Counted from the stretch's first letter, positions 10,334 to 20,437 are shown. The stretch: DNA of 64,000 nucleotides from Nitrospirota bacterium (GCA_963796285.1 CAWCKW010000013.1:64001-128000); one strand, 5' to 3'. The notes: generated by a model from the letters alone, not told the origin. Numbers and translations: made by a program.

Positions 10334-11257
10334 TCACTTTTTGAAGTTCTTCACAGTGATCTTGAACCGTTTCGCCATCGGTGCTTCCATGTCGATTGAG
10401 ATGCGGAGCTGAAACTGGTCCTCACGGCCTTTGCTCGCCACATCGAAGGGCAGGACGATCTGGTCGCTTTCCATATAAGGCTTTCCCAAATCCACTTTTA
10501 TCCCAGCCTCCACGGCCTTTTCAAGCGCCGCCATCTCAGGCTTGGCCTCTGCCATAGGTGCGCCGGGCATGGATGGTTCCAACTGCGTCCTCTCCGCCAC
10601 GATGTCCTTCGGGGCGGGCGGCTCTTTCTCACCCTTGCCGAGGATGTCCCCCAGCGTGAAGTTGTGGCGCTCGGGATGTTTCTGCATGTCCTGAAGCACC
10701 AGTTTGGAAACGGCAGTGAAGGTCTTCAGTACTCCGTCGCCCGTCGTCGCAACCGCCTCGTAGAAGGCGACGAACCGGGGGTTCATGGCCGCATTCAGAT
10801 CTTCGACCGAGAGGATATCGGGAAGGTCCCGCTTATTATACTGGATCACCATGGGAAAATCGGACAGCTCGATCCCCTGCTCATTAAAATTATCACGGAG
10901 GTTCGTAATGCTCTCAAGGTTCGCATCGAGCATGGCGCGTTGCGAGTCAGCAACGAAGATCACGCCGTCCGCGCCCTTCAGCACGAGCTTGCGCGTTGCG
11001 TTGTAGAACACCTGACCCGGCACGGTATAGAGATGGAACCGCACCTTGTAGTTCTTGATAGTGCCGAGTTCTACGGGAAGAAAGTCGAAGAACAGCGTCC
11101 GGTCCGTTTCAGTCGCGAGCGAGATCAGTTTGCCGCGCTGTCCCGGAGCGATGCGGTGGTAGATCATATGGATGTTCGTCGTCTTGCCGCACAGCCCCGG
11201 TCCATAGTAAACGATCTTCGCGTTGATTTCCCGTGTTTGATGATTGACGAGGGCCAT
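10334..11257 (-). CDS. mglA: MglA-family small GTPase with ~110-aa C-terminal extension
   Basis: KIVYYGPGLCGKTTN, TETDRTLFFDFLP, TVPGQVFY, NKRD. Confidence 0.85.
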   Translation of the reverse strand: MALVNHQTREINAKIVYYGPGLCGKTTNIHMIYHRIAPGQRGKLISLATETDRTLFFDFLPVELGTIKNYKVRFHLYTVPGQVFYNATRKLVLKGADGVIFVADSQRAMLDANLESITNLRDNFNEQGIELSDFPMVIQYNKRDLPDILSVEDLNAAMNPRFVAFYEAVATTGDGVLKTFTAVSKLVLQDMQKHPERHNFTLGDILGKGEKEPPAPKDIVAERTQLEPSMPGAPMAEAKPEMAALEKAVEAGIKVDLGKPYMESDQIVLPFDVASKGREDQFQLRISIDMEAPMAKRFKITVKNFKK

Positions 11258-11333
11258 AGGCTTTTATAATTGCACAAATAGCAAAGTATGTCAATACCGG
11301 GCTATCATTGCGACAAGAGGATGGGCGGGTCCC

Positions 11334-11362
11334 TTGACAATACGCAGCACTGCGCATACACT
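11334..11362 (+). promoter_or_regulatory. Putative sigma70 promoter preceding a structured leader and lonC
   Basis: TTGACA-17 nt-TACACT. Confidence 0.6.
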
Positions 11363-11713
11363 TTAACAAGGAGTAACGTACTTCTCAAAATACGCGGCAG
11401 ATTTTACCAGGACGCCGAGCTTATACTCGGCTTGCAATCGTACAAGCTTACCTGTTGACAATCCAAAATGAAGCGTCTTGGTAGATTTTTTTAGCTCCGG
11501 CTTACCGGGATAGGTCACTCACCAATCAAATGCCGGCTCGAACCGGGGATAAGATTAAGCCAAAGAAGCCACAGAGAAAAACCCGCAGCTATTCCCTAAC
11601 AACAAGATCCTGTGTTCTATTATATCTCTGCGATCTCTCTGTTCTGTGGCAAATAAGGTTTTTATTTTCGGCTCGTCCAATTTAGATAGCGCCTACAAGA
11701 GAAGGAGTCTCCC

Positions 11714-14180
11714 ATGGACCTCAAAGACCGGGAAGTCCCGCTTGCTGATCTTCGCCGCACCTGCGATCCCGCGGAATTTCCCTTTAAAACAACTGCCGAG
11801 CTCTCGCTCAGGGACGAGGTCATCGGCCAGACGCGGGCCGTCAAAGCGATCGAGTTCGGCATCTCCATTCGCAATCACGGATACAATATTTTTGTGTCCG
11901 GTGTCCCGGGCACGGGCAGGAACTCCATTGCCAAATCCATCGTCAAGCGGATCTCCCTTGACCGGCCGGTCCCTGATGACTGGTGTTATGTCAATAACTT
12001 CAAGGACCCCGACCGTCCGCGGGCGATCAACCTGCCTGCGGGGAAGGGCCGCGAGTTCAGGCGCGACGTCGAGAAGTTCATTGAGTTCATGCAGAGCGAG
12101 ATCCCCAAGGTATTCGAGTCCAAGGAATACGAAGAACAAAAGACGCGCATCATGGACGAATCGGAGAAGGCGAAGGAGGTCCTCTTTGCCGATGCCGGCA
12201 AGCGCGCGCTCGAGCTCGGGTTTCAACTGACGATCACCCGCACCGGCATCGTAAAGGTCCCGCTGTGGAAGGGCAAGCAGCTCACACCCGAGGAACTGGA
12301 GTCCCTCTCGCCCGAGCAGCGGCACGAACTTGAGGGACACGAGAAACTTGTGGACACGGAGATCCGCGATTTTCTGTCCAAGGCGCGCCTGCTCAGTAAA
12401 GAGGCGCACGAAAAAGTACATGATCTGAACCGCCGCGTCGCGCACTTCGCCATGGGCCACCAGCTCGACGACCTGAAGGAGAAGTACCGCGTCAACCCCC
12501 GCATTCCAGAGTATCTTGAAGAGGTCGAGGAAGACATCCTGAATAACCTTCGTGAATTCCTGGGCCAGACGCAGGAACTTCCTTACCAGATCGAGGGCAT
12601 GGACAAGGGGAGCTTCCTTGAACGCTACAAGGTGAACGTGCTCGTGGACAATGCCGAGACCAAAGGCGGGCCGGTCATTGAAGAATCCAACCCTACGTAC
12701 AACAACCTGGTCGGCCGCATCGAGCGCAAGGCGCGCTTTGGCGCGTCTCTATACGAATTTCACCATGGTCCGCTCGGGTTCGCTGCTCCAGGCGAACGGC
12801 GGCTACCTGGTCCTGAACGCGCTCGACGTGCTCCGCAGCCCCTTTTCCTGGGACGCGCTCAAACGGGTCATCAAGAAGAACGAGGTAAAGGTCGAAGACA
12901 TGGCCGAGCTCTACGGAATTACCACGGGCGGGCTCAAGGCCGAGCCCATCCCGGTCTCGCTCAAGATCATCATGCTCGGGAGCCCCTGGCTCTATTACCT
13001 CCTCTATTATTACGACGAGGATTTCCGCGACATCTTCAAGGTCAAGTCCGATTTCGACACGCAAACCGCAAGTTCGATCGATGAAAAAATGCGCTACGCG
13101 AACTTCATCGGCGTCATGGTGAAGAATGACGGCCTGCTCCCCTTTGACCGGAGCGCCGTCGCCGGAGTCGTGGACCACGCCGTGCGCATTACCGAAAAAA
13201 AGAGCAAACTCTCGCTCCGCTTCAGCGAACTTTCGGACCTGGTGCGCGAGTCGTCGTACTGGGCGGAAAAATCCGGGAGCAGTGTTGTGGCGGCATTGCA
13301 TGTGGACAAGGCCCTGGATGAAAAGATCTACCGGGCGAACCTGCTCGATGAGCGCATCCAGGAGCTGTTCACCGAGGGCACCCTGATGGTCGATGTTTCC
13401 GGCTCCGTGGTCGCGCAGGTGAATGGGCTGTCGGTGTACGACATCGGCGATTTTTCGTTCGGCAAACCGTCGCGCATCACCAGCCGGGTGTACCTCGGCA
13501 AGTCGGGCGTCATCGACATCGAGCGCGAGGCCAAGCTCTCGGGCCGCATCTACAACAAGGGTGTGCTGATCCTCTCGGGTTATCTCGGCGGCACCTATGC
13601 CCAGGACAAGACGCTTTCGGTCTCCGCGACCCTTGCCTTTGAGCAGAGCTACGGCGAGGTGGAGGGTGACAGCGCCTCGGCGGCGGAGGTTGTCGCGCTC
13701 ATCTCAGGCATCGCCGAGGCGCCGGTGAAGCAGAACATTGCCATCACCGGCTCGATCAACCAGAAGGGCGAGATCCAGCCCATCGGCGGGGTGAACGAGA
13801 AGATCGAGGGGTTCTTTGCCGTGTGCAAGAACCGCGGCCTGACGGGCGACCAGGGTGTCATCATTCCGGAGCTCAATGTCAAGAACCTGATGCTCAAGAA
13901 GGAAGTGGTGGACGCCGTGAAAGAGGGCAAGTTCCGCATCTATGCGGTCAAGACCGTGAATGAGGCGCTGGAGATCCTGACAGGACTTCCGGCCGGTGAG
14001 CGCCAGGTAGACTGGACCTGGCCGCAGGGCTCGATCAACTTCCTTGTGGACAAACGGCTCAAGGAGATGTCAAAAAAACTAAAAGCGGACGACAAGGGCG
14101 AAGAGAAAAAAGAGAAGAAGGAAGAGAACAACGAGGCGGCGCCGAAGAAGAGCCCGCCGCCCGGGCGTAGTGCAGATTGA
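11714..14180 (+). CDS. LonC/Lon-like S16 protease (apparent +1 frameshift near 12746)
   Basis: IGQTRA, degenerate Walker A GVPGTGRNS, DWCYVNNF, NPTYNNLVGRIE, then GSLLQANGGYL...GDSAS...IGGVNEKIEGF (Ser-Lys dyad); span is 3n+1. Confidence 0.9.
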
Positions 14181-14231
14181 TGAATTTGAAGTAACTGCTA
14201 AGTACTCGGCAGATCCATTACAGAACACTAT

Positions 14232-14281
14232 GGGGACATTGTTTCCATCACTCAGAAAGCAGTGTTAGAAACAATGTCCCC
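14232..14281. repeat. 14-bp perfect inverted repeat (REP-like or bidirectional terminator)
   Basis: GGGGACATTGTTTC-22 nt-GAAACAATGTCCCC between convergent genes. Confidence 0.6.
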
Positions 14282-14341
14282 TTTGACACATACAGGATTA
14301 GAGGTGTTATTCAGGCAGCCGGGCAGCCGGTGATCGCATGC

Positions 14342-16476
14342 TTAATTGCAGCAGCATATTTTATACGGCCCGCCAGCCGTCACGTTGTCCACGCCACACT
14401 GACTGGTAACGTTCGTCTGGGCAGCTGCAGGATGTGGGCACGATTCCACCCGCATAATTGCCCTGGTTACAACTGTTGAACTGGGCATACCAGGAGCTAC
14501 AGTCGCTCCCTCCGCCGCCAGTACTGCTGGCACTAAAAGCAGCAGTTGCCATCTTATTCGCATCCATCAGAACCGCGCAAGAGCCTGTTCCTGAACATGC
14601 GTTTGACCACCCGGCAAAAGTAGAACCGGAGGCGGGCGTTGCCGTGAGGGTTACGGTTGCGCCGTTTGTTACCGTTGCCATGCACGTTGAGCCGCAATCA
14701 ATGCCTGAAGGCGATGAGGTTATTGTCCCGCTCCCGGTGCTTGAACTTGATTTGCCGACCATCAATGTATATGTCCCAGCCGGAGTAATTGTCTCTGGAT
14801 TTGATGGGGAACTTTCTCCGTAAGGATTTACCGCTGTTACAATGCAGGATAATGGATTGCCGTTGGTTAGTCCCGAATAGACATAGGGGCTTGCGATTGA
14901 GGCGATTCCCGTACCGGTGGTTGTTGTTACGCTGGTACCGTTGTCACAATAGAGATTATAGCAATCCGCGCCTGGAATAGAGTCCCAGCTTATCGTTGCC
15001 TGTCCATTACCCGCAGTGACAAGTACCCCCGCGGGAGCAGATGGGGCTGTAGGTAGCGGGCTGATCTTGCGGATGGTGTGATTACGGCTAGTTACATAAA
15101 GATCTGTGCCGTCTGTGGTGACGTCATTTGGTTCTAAGCTCCCTGCCAGGGTCGTTACTGCGCCTGTGGAGATTACTATCTTGCGGATGGTGGAGTTGGA
15201 CGAGTCAGCAATATAAAGATTTGTGCCATCCGTGGTGATGCCTTGTGGATTATTAAAAAGCGGGGTCGAGCTAAATATGTCACCCGCAGCGGTCGTTACC
15301 GCGCCTGTGGAGATTACTATCTTTTGGATTCTGTTCCAACCGCTATCAGATACATAAAGGTTTGTGCCGTCCGTGGTGATGCCATGTGGTGAGGCAAACC
15401 CACAGCCATATCCGCAGCTGACCCCCGCACCCCCACCCGAGGCCGGTGGAGTCCCTGCTAGGGTCGTTACTGCGCCTGTGGAGATGACTATCTTACGGAT
15501 GGTGTTATTGCCGGTATCAGCTACATATAGGTTTGTGCCGTCCGTGGTGATGCCCATTGGGCCGGCAAATTGCGCCGCAGATCCTGTGCCATCGGTCGAA
15601 CCCGAGCTTCCTGCGCTACCTGTAAGGGTCGTTACTATACCGGTGGAGATTACGATCTTGCGGATGGTATGATTGCCGGTATCAGTTACATACAGGTTTG
15701 TGCCATCCGTGGTGATGCCCATATGGGGCATTAAATTGCGCGGCTGTTCCGGTACCGTCGGCCGAACCCGAGCTTCCTGCGCTCCCTGTAAGGGTCGTTA
15801 CTTCGCCGGTGGAGATTACGATCTTGCGGATGGTGTGATTTTGCGAGTCAGCTACATAAGCGTTTGTGCCGTCCGTGGTGATGCCATATGGGGTATTAAA
15901 TTTCGCGGCTGTTCCGATTCCATCAGTCGAGCCTGCGCTCCCGGCGCTCCCTGCAAACGTAGTATCAATATTTGCGTTCAGGCTTAATGGATATCCCTGT
16001 ACGGCCCCGCCCATGAGGATGGAACTGGCGGCAGGAGCATCTTCCGTCGTAAAACTCCATGTGTAATTGTTAGCCATTGCAGTTCCTGCTGAATTCTTCA
16101 CACCAGTAGTAATCGTTGCCGTATATGAGGAACTGGAGGCCAGGGCGCTGGAAGGTGTAAAGGTGGCTGTCCTGGTAGAGGAGTTGTAGGCTACGGCGCC
16201 GCTAACCCCGCTGATGGTGAACGTAGTGTTAGTGACAGACGTCGCGATAATATCTTCGCTGAAGGTCACGGAAATGGCAGCGCCGGTATCAACGCCGCAG
16301 GAGGAGCCATCGGTGCTTTTAATTACTACGATGGGGGCGCTTGCAGTGTTAATCGTTGCTACGATACTGCCTGTTGTGCTGTCTGTGCTGCCGCCCCCCC
16401 CCCCGGCGCTGCAACCGGCCATGATTATCCCGGACAGAAGCAATACCAATATCAATGTCTTGAAATAACTTTTCAT
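14342..16476 (-). CDS. Surface lipoprotein: Ig-like (Big_5), NHL/beta-propeller repeats, FN3, InlB-B-like repeat and Cys-rich tail (apparent +1 frameshifts near 15720 and 14418)
   Basis: AGGAGGT RBS; MKSYFKTLILVLLLSGIIMAG-C lipobox; TATFTPSSAL..YTATITTGVK; repeated GITTDGTNLYV.D..N.TIRKIVISTG.VTTL.G; span is 3n+2. Confidence 0.8.
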
Positions 16477-16544
16477 TCGCGTTACCTCCTTTTTTCTCTG
16501 TATGATAAGATGACCAAAGGAAATTGTTGTCACTTACTGTTTAT

Positions 16545-17100
16545 AAAAGCGTCCTGAAATACCCAGCAGCTCTGCTGCTGGGATGAAAAGGACATCCTGA
16601 CAAAGTCAGGATAAGATTGTGTTACAATACGGGCCATGAGCCCATTGAGAAGAAGCAAGCATAGTGTCTATGATCTGAAGTATCATTTTGTATGGATACC
16701 AAAATATCGAAAGAAGCTGTTCAATGATCGAATGACGACGAGACTGAAAGAGATCTTTCGTGAGATTGCAGAGCGATATGAATTTGAAATAGATACGATG
16801 GAAGCAATGGATGATCATGTGCATTTGTTTTTGGTTGTGCCACCGAAGTATGCTCCAGCGAGGGTGGTGCAGATAATCAAAAGCATATCGGCAAAGATGA
16901 TGTTCCGAGAATTCCCCGAGATAAAGAAAAAACTTTGGGGAGGAGAACTTTGGAATGACGGTTACTTTGTCCGTTCGGTTGGCGACAATGTAACGGCAGA
17001 AGTTATCAGAAAATATATTCGGTATCAACATGATGAGCAAATTGGTTTTAGGTTCTAGCGCATTTAGGATGCCTCGCAGCTCTGCTGCGGGGTAATTCAC
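16545..17100 (+). mobile_element. IS200/IS605-family insertion sequence (tnpA only)
   Basis: Subterminal hairpins CCCAGCAGC-TCT-GCTGCTGGG (16562-16582) and CCTCGCAGC-TCT-GCTGCGGGG (17072-17092); inserted after TTAT and ending in TCAC; low GC. Confidence 0.85.
16636..17058 (+). CDS. tnpA: IS200-family Y1 (HUH) transposase
   Basis: YHFVWIPKYR, DHVH (HUH), LWNDGYFVRSVG, catalytic Tyr in KYIRYQ. Confidence 0.95.
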   Translation: MSPLRRSKHSVYDLKYHFVWIPKYRKKLFNDRMTTRLKEIFREIAERYEFEIDTMEAMDDHVHLFLVVPPKYAPARVVQIIKSISAKMMFREFPEIKKKLWGGELWNDGYFVRSVGDNVTAEVIRKYIRYQHDEQIGFRF

Positions 17101-17192
17101 TCCGCTCATGTCTCCCAGCTAGCCCGGGCATGTCGCCCGCTTACGGAACGTAGAGTTTTTCTATTAATATTTTTTTTGGTGTTGCTATTTTT

Positions 17193-17220
17193 ATTATACG
17201 AATTAGTCGTCTGAAGTCAA
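17193..17220 (-). promoter_or_regulatory. Putative sigma70 promoter for NHL lipoprotein gene (now separated from it by the IS)
   Basis: TTGACT-16 nt-TATAAT on minus strand. Confidence 0.5.
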
Positions 17221-17296
17221 TAAAATAATGGATATTTTAGGGGTATTTCAATAGATACAGGATGCAACTTAAACAACTTCATGAAATATGTCATAC

Positions 17297-17435
17297 GACC
17301 AATCGAGGCGGCGTATCGTTTTCTGGGCAAGACTGATTGAACACATCAAAACTATACTTGAAGGGGGTTGATCAGCGTAAGGTGCCGAAGCGCGGAGGAC
17401 GTGGGGTGACCGGGTACATGGCAACGAAGAAGAAA
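17297..17435 (-). pseudogene. Degenerate duplicate of the 3' part of the ABC permease gene (18696-18832)
   Basis: AAGGGGGTTGATCAGCGTAAGGTG identical to ~18757-18780, and GGTGACCGGGTACATGGC shared; flanks align with substitutions and indels. Confidence 0.75.
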
Positions 17436-17658
17436 AAAGACACCTGGAGCGTAATTTTGATTGATGAATATGCAGGTGTGTATGGTTATTTCATTCAGCC
17501 GTTCTGCAGCTGTACTAAATGACGGGCAAAGACTTGTCCGGCAGATTGTCTACGATATTTAAAAGGGTAATATCCGGGCAGGCGGGAGCAATTTCCGAAT
17601 GATAAATTCAGATTCTATCGTATGTTCGTTGAAAATGCGTCTCTCAACTTTGTCGCTC

Positions 17659-18387
17659 TCACGATCCTAATATCTGTTTTACCTGATCCGCAAGTTTGTT
17701 TGGGGTTGTGATCATCTTGGAAAGAATGCCCGACACACCCATTGCCGAGATCCTGTCAGTCTCCTGGGGGGTTATCCTTCCGGACAGCATAAGAACTTTT
17801 ACATTTTTCCATGTATCGTTCGAGCGCACAAACTGGAGAAACTTTGTCCCGTCCATGCCCTCCATTTGCATATCCAGCACGATAAGATCAGGGATGTCTT
17901 CGGTAATTGACTTTATGGCCTCCATCCCGCTTGACGCCTCTCTTACATTGTAGTTGGAAAGGACCAGTTTGTTTTTATACGTTGCTCTCGCGGTAACTGA
18001 ATCATCGACAAGCAAAACCTTCTTCCTTGTATCACCGGCAGGGCACTCCTGTTTCACTGACTGGGCAGGCATATTTTCCGCTATAAATCTTTTCAACCAC
18101 TCCTTGTCAGCCTGATTGATACCCGTAAATGACACACCGACCCCCACCCCTTCCCGCACCGTCTGAACACGCGCCCGTAACTTTATCGGCGGCAGGCCAT
18201 CGACAAGGGAAAAGCTCAGCTCTATGATCCTGCCCATGGTAAAGGGAACAGGTGAATATAAGAGCATGTCTCCCTCGCTTATCTCCACGGTATATCCTTT
18301 TACGGAATTATTTATCAGCACCTCTTTTTTAATCATGAGTCTGGCTTGTTTAGCATCGTTTGCGTCAGTTTCCATCGTATCACCCAC
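17659..18387 (-). CDS. PilZ-like plus response-regulator receiver domain protein
   Basis: N-terminal PilZ fold (EISEG..., GVGVSF); REC domain VLLVDDS, LIVLDMQM, MLSG, K. Confidence 0.85.
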   Translation of the reverse strand: MGDTMETDANDAKQARLMIKKEVLINNSVKGYTVEISEGDMLLYSPVPFTMGRIIELSFSLVDGLPPIKLRARVQTVREGVGVGVSFTGINQADKEWLKRFIAENMPAQSVKQECPAGDTRKKVLLVDDSVTARATYKNKLVLSNYNVREASSGMEAIKSITEDIPDLIVLDMQMEGMDGTKFLQFVRSNDTWKNVKVLMLSGRITPQETDRISAMGVSGILSKMITTPNKLADQVKQILGS

Positions 18388-18600
18388 CCCTTAATAGAGC
18401 ATTGAACAATCGATTGCCTGACAAAACCCTGCTCACTCTGCAAGTGCCGTCGTTACAAGTCTTTTTTACGCTTTCGTACTTTACCACAAAATCATATGTT
18501 CATATAGTAATTTGTGGGCAGTGCGGCCGTTTCATGACAACCGCGACCATCCATCAGACAGATCGGCATGCAACTCGATACAAATTGGCTAAGCCGTTTA

Positions 18601-19368
18601 TTACTCTTTTCTTCTGAACGATAACGCCGCAAGAGTAAGCATGACGATTGATATTGCTGTTACGACTAAAAGGTCAAGAGAGAGCGAAAATTCCGGACCA
18701 AGAGGCGGAGTGCCGTTTCTGAGCAGGACATGTTTGAACGCGTCGATACCATAGGTAAGGGGGTTGATCAGCGTAAGGTGGCGGAGCGCGGAGGGCATGG
18801 CGGTGACCGGGTACATGGCGCCGGAGAGGAACAGCATGGGCATGACGAGGAAGTTCATGATGATGTTGAACCCGTCAAATGACGTGAGCCGTACTGCTAT
18901 CAGGATCCCCAGTGAGGTGATGCAGAACGAGACGAGCAGGGCCACGGCAACGACCTCGATGAACTGCATGAAGGTGATATGGATGCCGAGGAAAGGAATG
19001 AGGACCAGGATGATGACGGCCTGGGCGACGGAGATGAGCGTTCCCGAGATGGCCTTGCCGATGACGATCGAGAGCCGCGAAATGGGCGCGACGAGCATCT
19101 CCTTCATGAACCCGAACTCCCGGTCCCATACGATCGAGATGGACGAGAAGATCGATGAGAACAGGATGGTCATGCCGATCATCCCGGGGAAGATGAACTG
19201 GAGATAGGAAAAGCCGGCCTGCGGTTTAATGAGCGAACCCATCCCATTCCCGACCACGAAGAGCCAGAGCACGGGCCGCGCAAGGGTGCCGAGGAGGCGG
19301 CTCTTTTCGCGAAAGAACTTTTTGAACTCGCGCAAGCAGATGACGTATACGGGCCGCCACTGGATCAT
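18601..19368 (-). CDS. ABC-2 type exporter permease (DrrB/NodJ-like)
   Basis: DREFGFMKEMLVAP, FLSGAMYP, NPLTYGID; 6 TM. Confidence 0.92.
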   Translation of the reverse strand: MIQWRPVYVICLREFKKFFREKSRLLGTLARPVLWLFVVGNGMGSLIKPQAGFSYLQFIFPGMIGMTILFSSIFSSISIVWDREFGFMKEMLVAPISRLSIVIGKAISGTLISVAQAVIILVLIPFLGIHITFMQFIEVVAVALLVSFCITSLGILIAVRLTSFDGFNIIMNFLVMPMLFLSGAMYPVTAMPSALRHLTLINPLTYGIDAFKHVLLRNGTPPLGPEFSLSLDLLVVTAISIVMLTLAALSFRRKE

Positions 19369-20348
19369 CGCTGTGCCCTCCGGTGGCTGCGCACGAACTC
19401 GCGCGTAACCTCCTTGTCATCCGCGAGAACCTCATCCCTGATCGTCCTTCCGGTAAGTTTCAGGAACACGTCATTCAGCGTCGGCTTCTTGAGACTGACG
19501 GACACGGTCTGCATGGGGAGGGAACGAAGCAGCTTCGGTATGAACTCGTCCCCTTTCTCTGTTTCGAGGACCAATCCACCGTTCTCCTCCCGTGCCGTGA
19601 TAGTAAAGACCTTCCGGATCTCTTCGATGGCCCGCCTGTTGTCAGCAGTCACGAGATGGATCACGTCGCCGTGGACCATCGCTTTGAGCCGGGCCGGGGT
19701 GTCGAGGGCAATGATCTTGCCATGGTCGATGATGGCAATGCGGTCGCAGTTCTCCGCCTCTTCCATGTAGTGCGTGGTCATGAACACGGTGATCTTTTCT
19801 TTTTTCCTGAGCATGTTGATGAAGTCCCAGATCGTGTTCCTGGTCTGCGGGTCGAGACCCAGGGTCGGCTCGTCCAGAAACAGCACACGGGGATAGTGGA
19901 GGAGACCACGGGCTATCTCGAGCCTGCGCTTCATGCCGCCGGAGAAGTTTTTGATCAAATCATGCTTCCTGCTCTGGAGTTCTACAACGCTGAGCATTTC
20001 GTCGATGCGTTTCTCGGTCAGTTTACGGTCAAGATTGTAGAGGTACGCATGGAACTTCAGGTTCTCGTAGGCGGTCAAGCCTGCGTCCAGCGTCGTATCC
20101 TGAAAGATAAGGCCGATGGACGTCCGGACTTCATCGGAGTTTTTTGCGCAGTCAAAACCCGCGATCTCGGCCGTTCCCGATGATGGAGTAAGCAGCGTGC
20201 AGAGGATGTTGATCGTAGTGGTCTTGCCCGCGCCGTTCGGGCCGAGAAAACCGAAGACCTCGCCTTCGTTCACCGAGAACGAGATACCGTCGACGGCAAT
20301 GAGGGACTTGAATTGTTTTGAGAGATTTTGGACGTTGATGATCGTCAT
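19365..20348 (-). CDS. ABC exporter ATP-binding protein (DrrA-like)
   Basis: GPNGAGKTT, FSGGMKRR, LFLDEPT, TTHYMEEA. Confidence 0.95.
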   Translation of the reverse strand: MTIINVQNLSKQFKSLIAVDGISFSVNEGEVFGFLGPNGAGKTTTINILCTLLTPSSGTAEIAGFDCAKNSDEVRTSIGLIFQDTTLDAGLTAYENLKFHAYLYNLDRKLTEKRIDEMLSVVELQSRKHDLIKNFSGGMKRRLEIARGLLHYPRVLFLDEPTLGLDPQTRNTIWDFINMLRKKEKITVFMTTHYMEEAENCDRIAIIDHGKIIALDTPARLKAMVHGDVIHLVTADNRRAIEEIRKVFTITAREENGGLVLETEKGDEFIPKLLRSLPMQTVSVSLKKPTLNDVFLKLTGRTIRDEVLADDKEVTREFVRSHRRAQR

Positions 20349-20437
20349 AGTGAAAGGTTCAAGGTTGAAAATTCATATGCACATGATTTCGAACTCTGAA
20401 CATTCCGCACTCCGAACTCCGCACTCTGCTGTATAAG

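Noticed and set aside
11369-11560. 6S RNA, SRP RNA or tmRNA identity for the structured region
   Set aside because: Lacks the SRP GGAA/AGCAG loop, tRNA-like ends with a tag ORF, and the single-rod central-bubble form; kept only as an unknown candidate.
15060-15960. Possible CRISPR-like array of recurring ~30-bp motifs
   Set aside because: These are in-frame coding NHL repeats with homologous intervening sequence; no cas genes and no unique spacers.
16606-17109. 167-aa minus-strand ORF across the IS (possible tnpB or accessory gene)
   Set aside because: Antisense to tnpA with no RuvC or Zn-finger motifs; the element is tnpA-only.
17297-18832. Diversity-generating retroelement TR/VR pair (the copy differs from the permease gene mostly at A positions)
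   Set aside because: The A-bias is on the antisense strand (C-to-T on the coding strand, typical decay), indels and non-A changes occur, the target is a permease, and there is no reverse transcriptase in the window.
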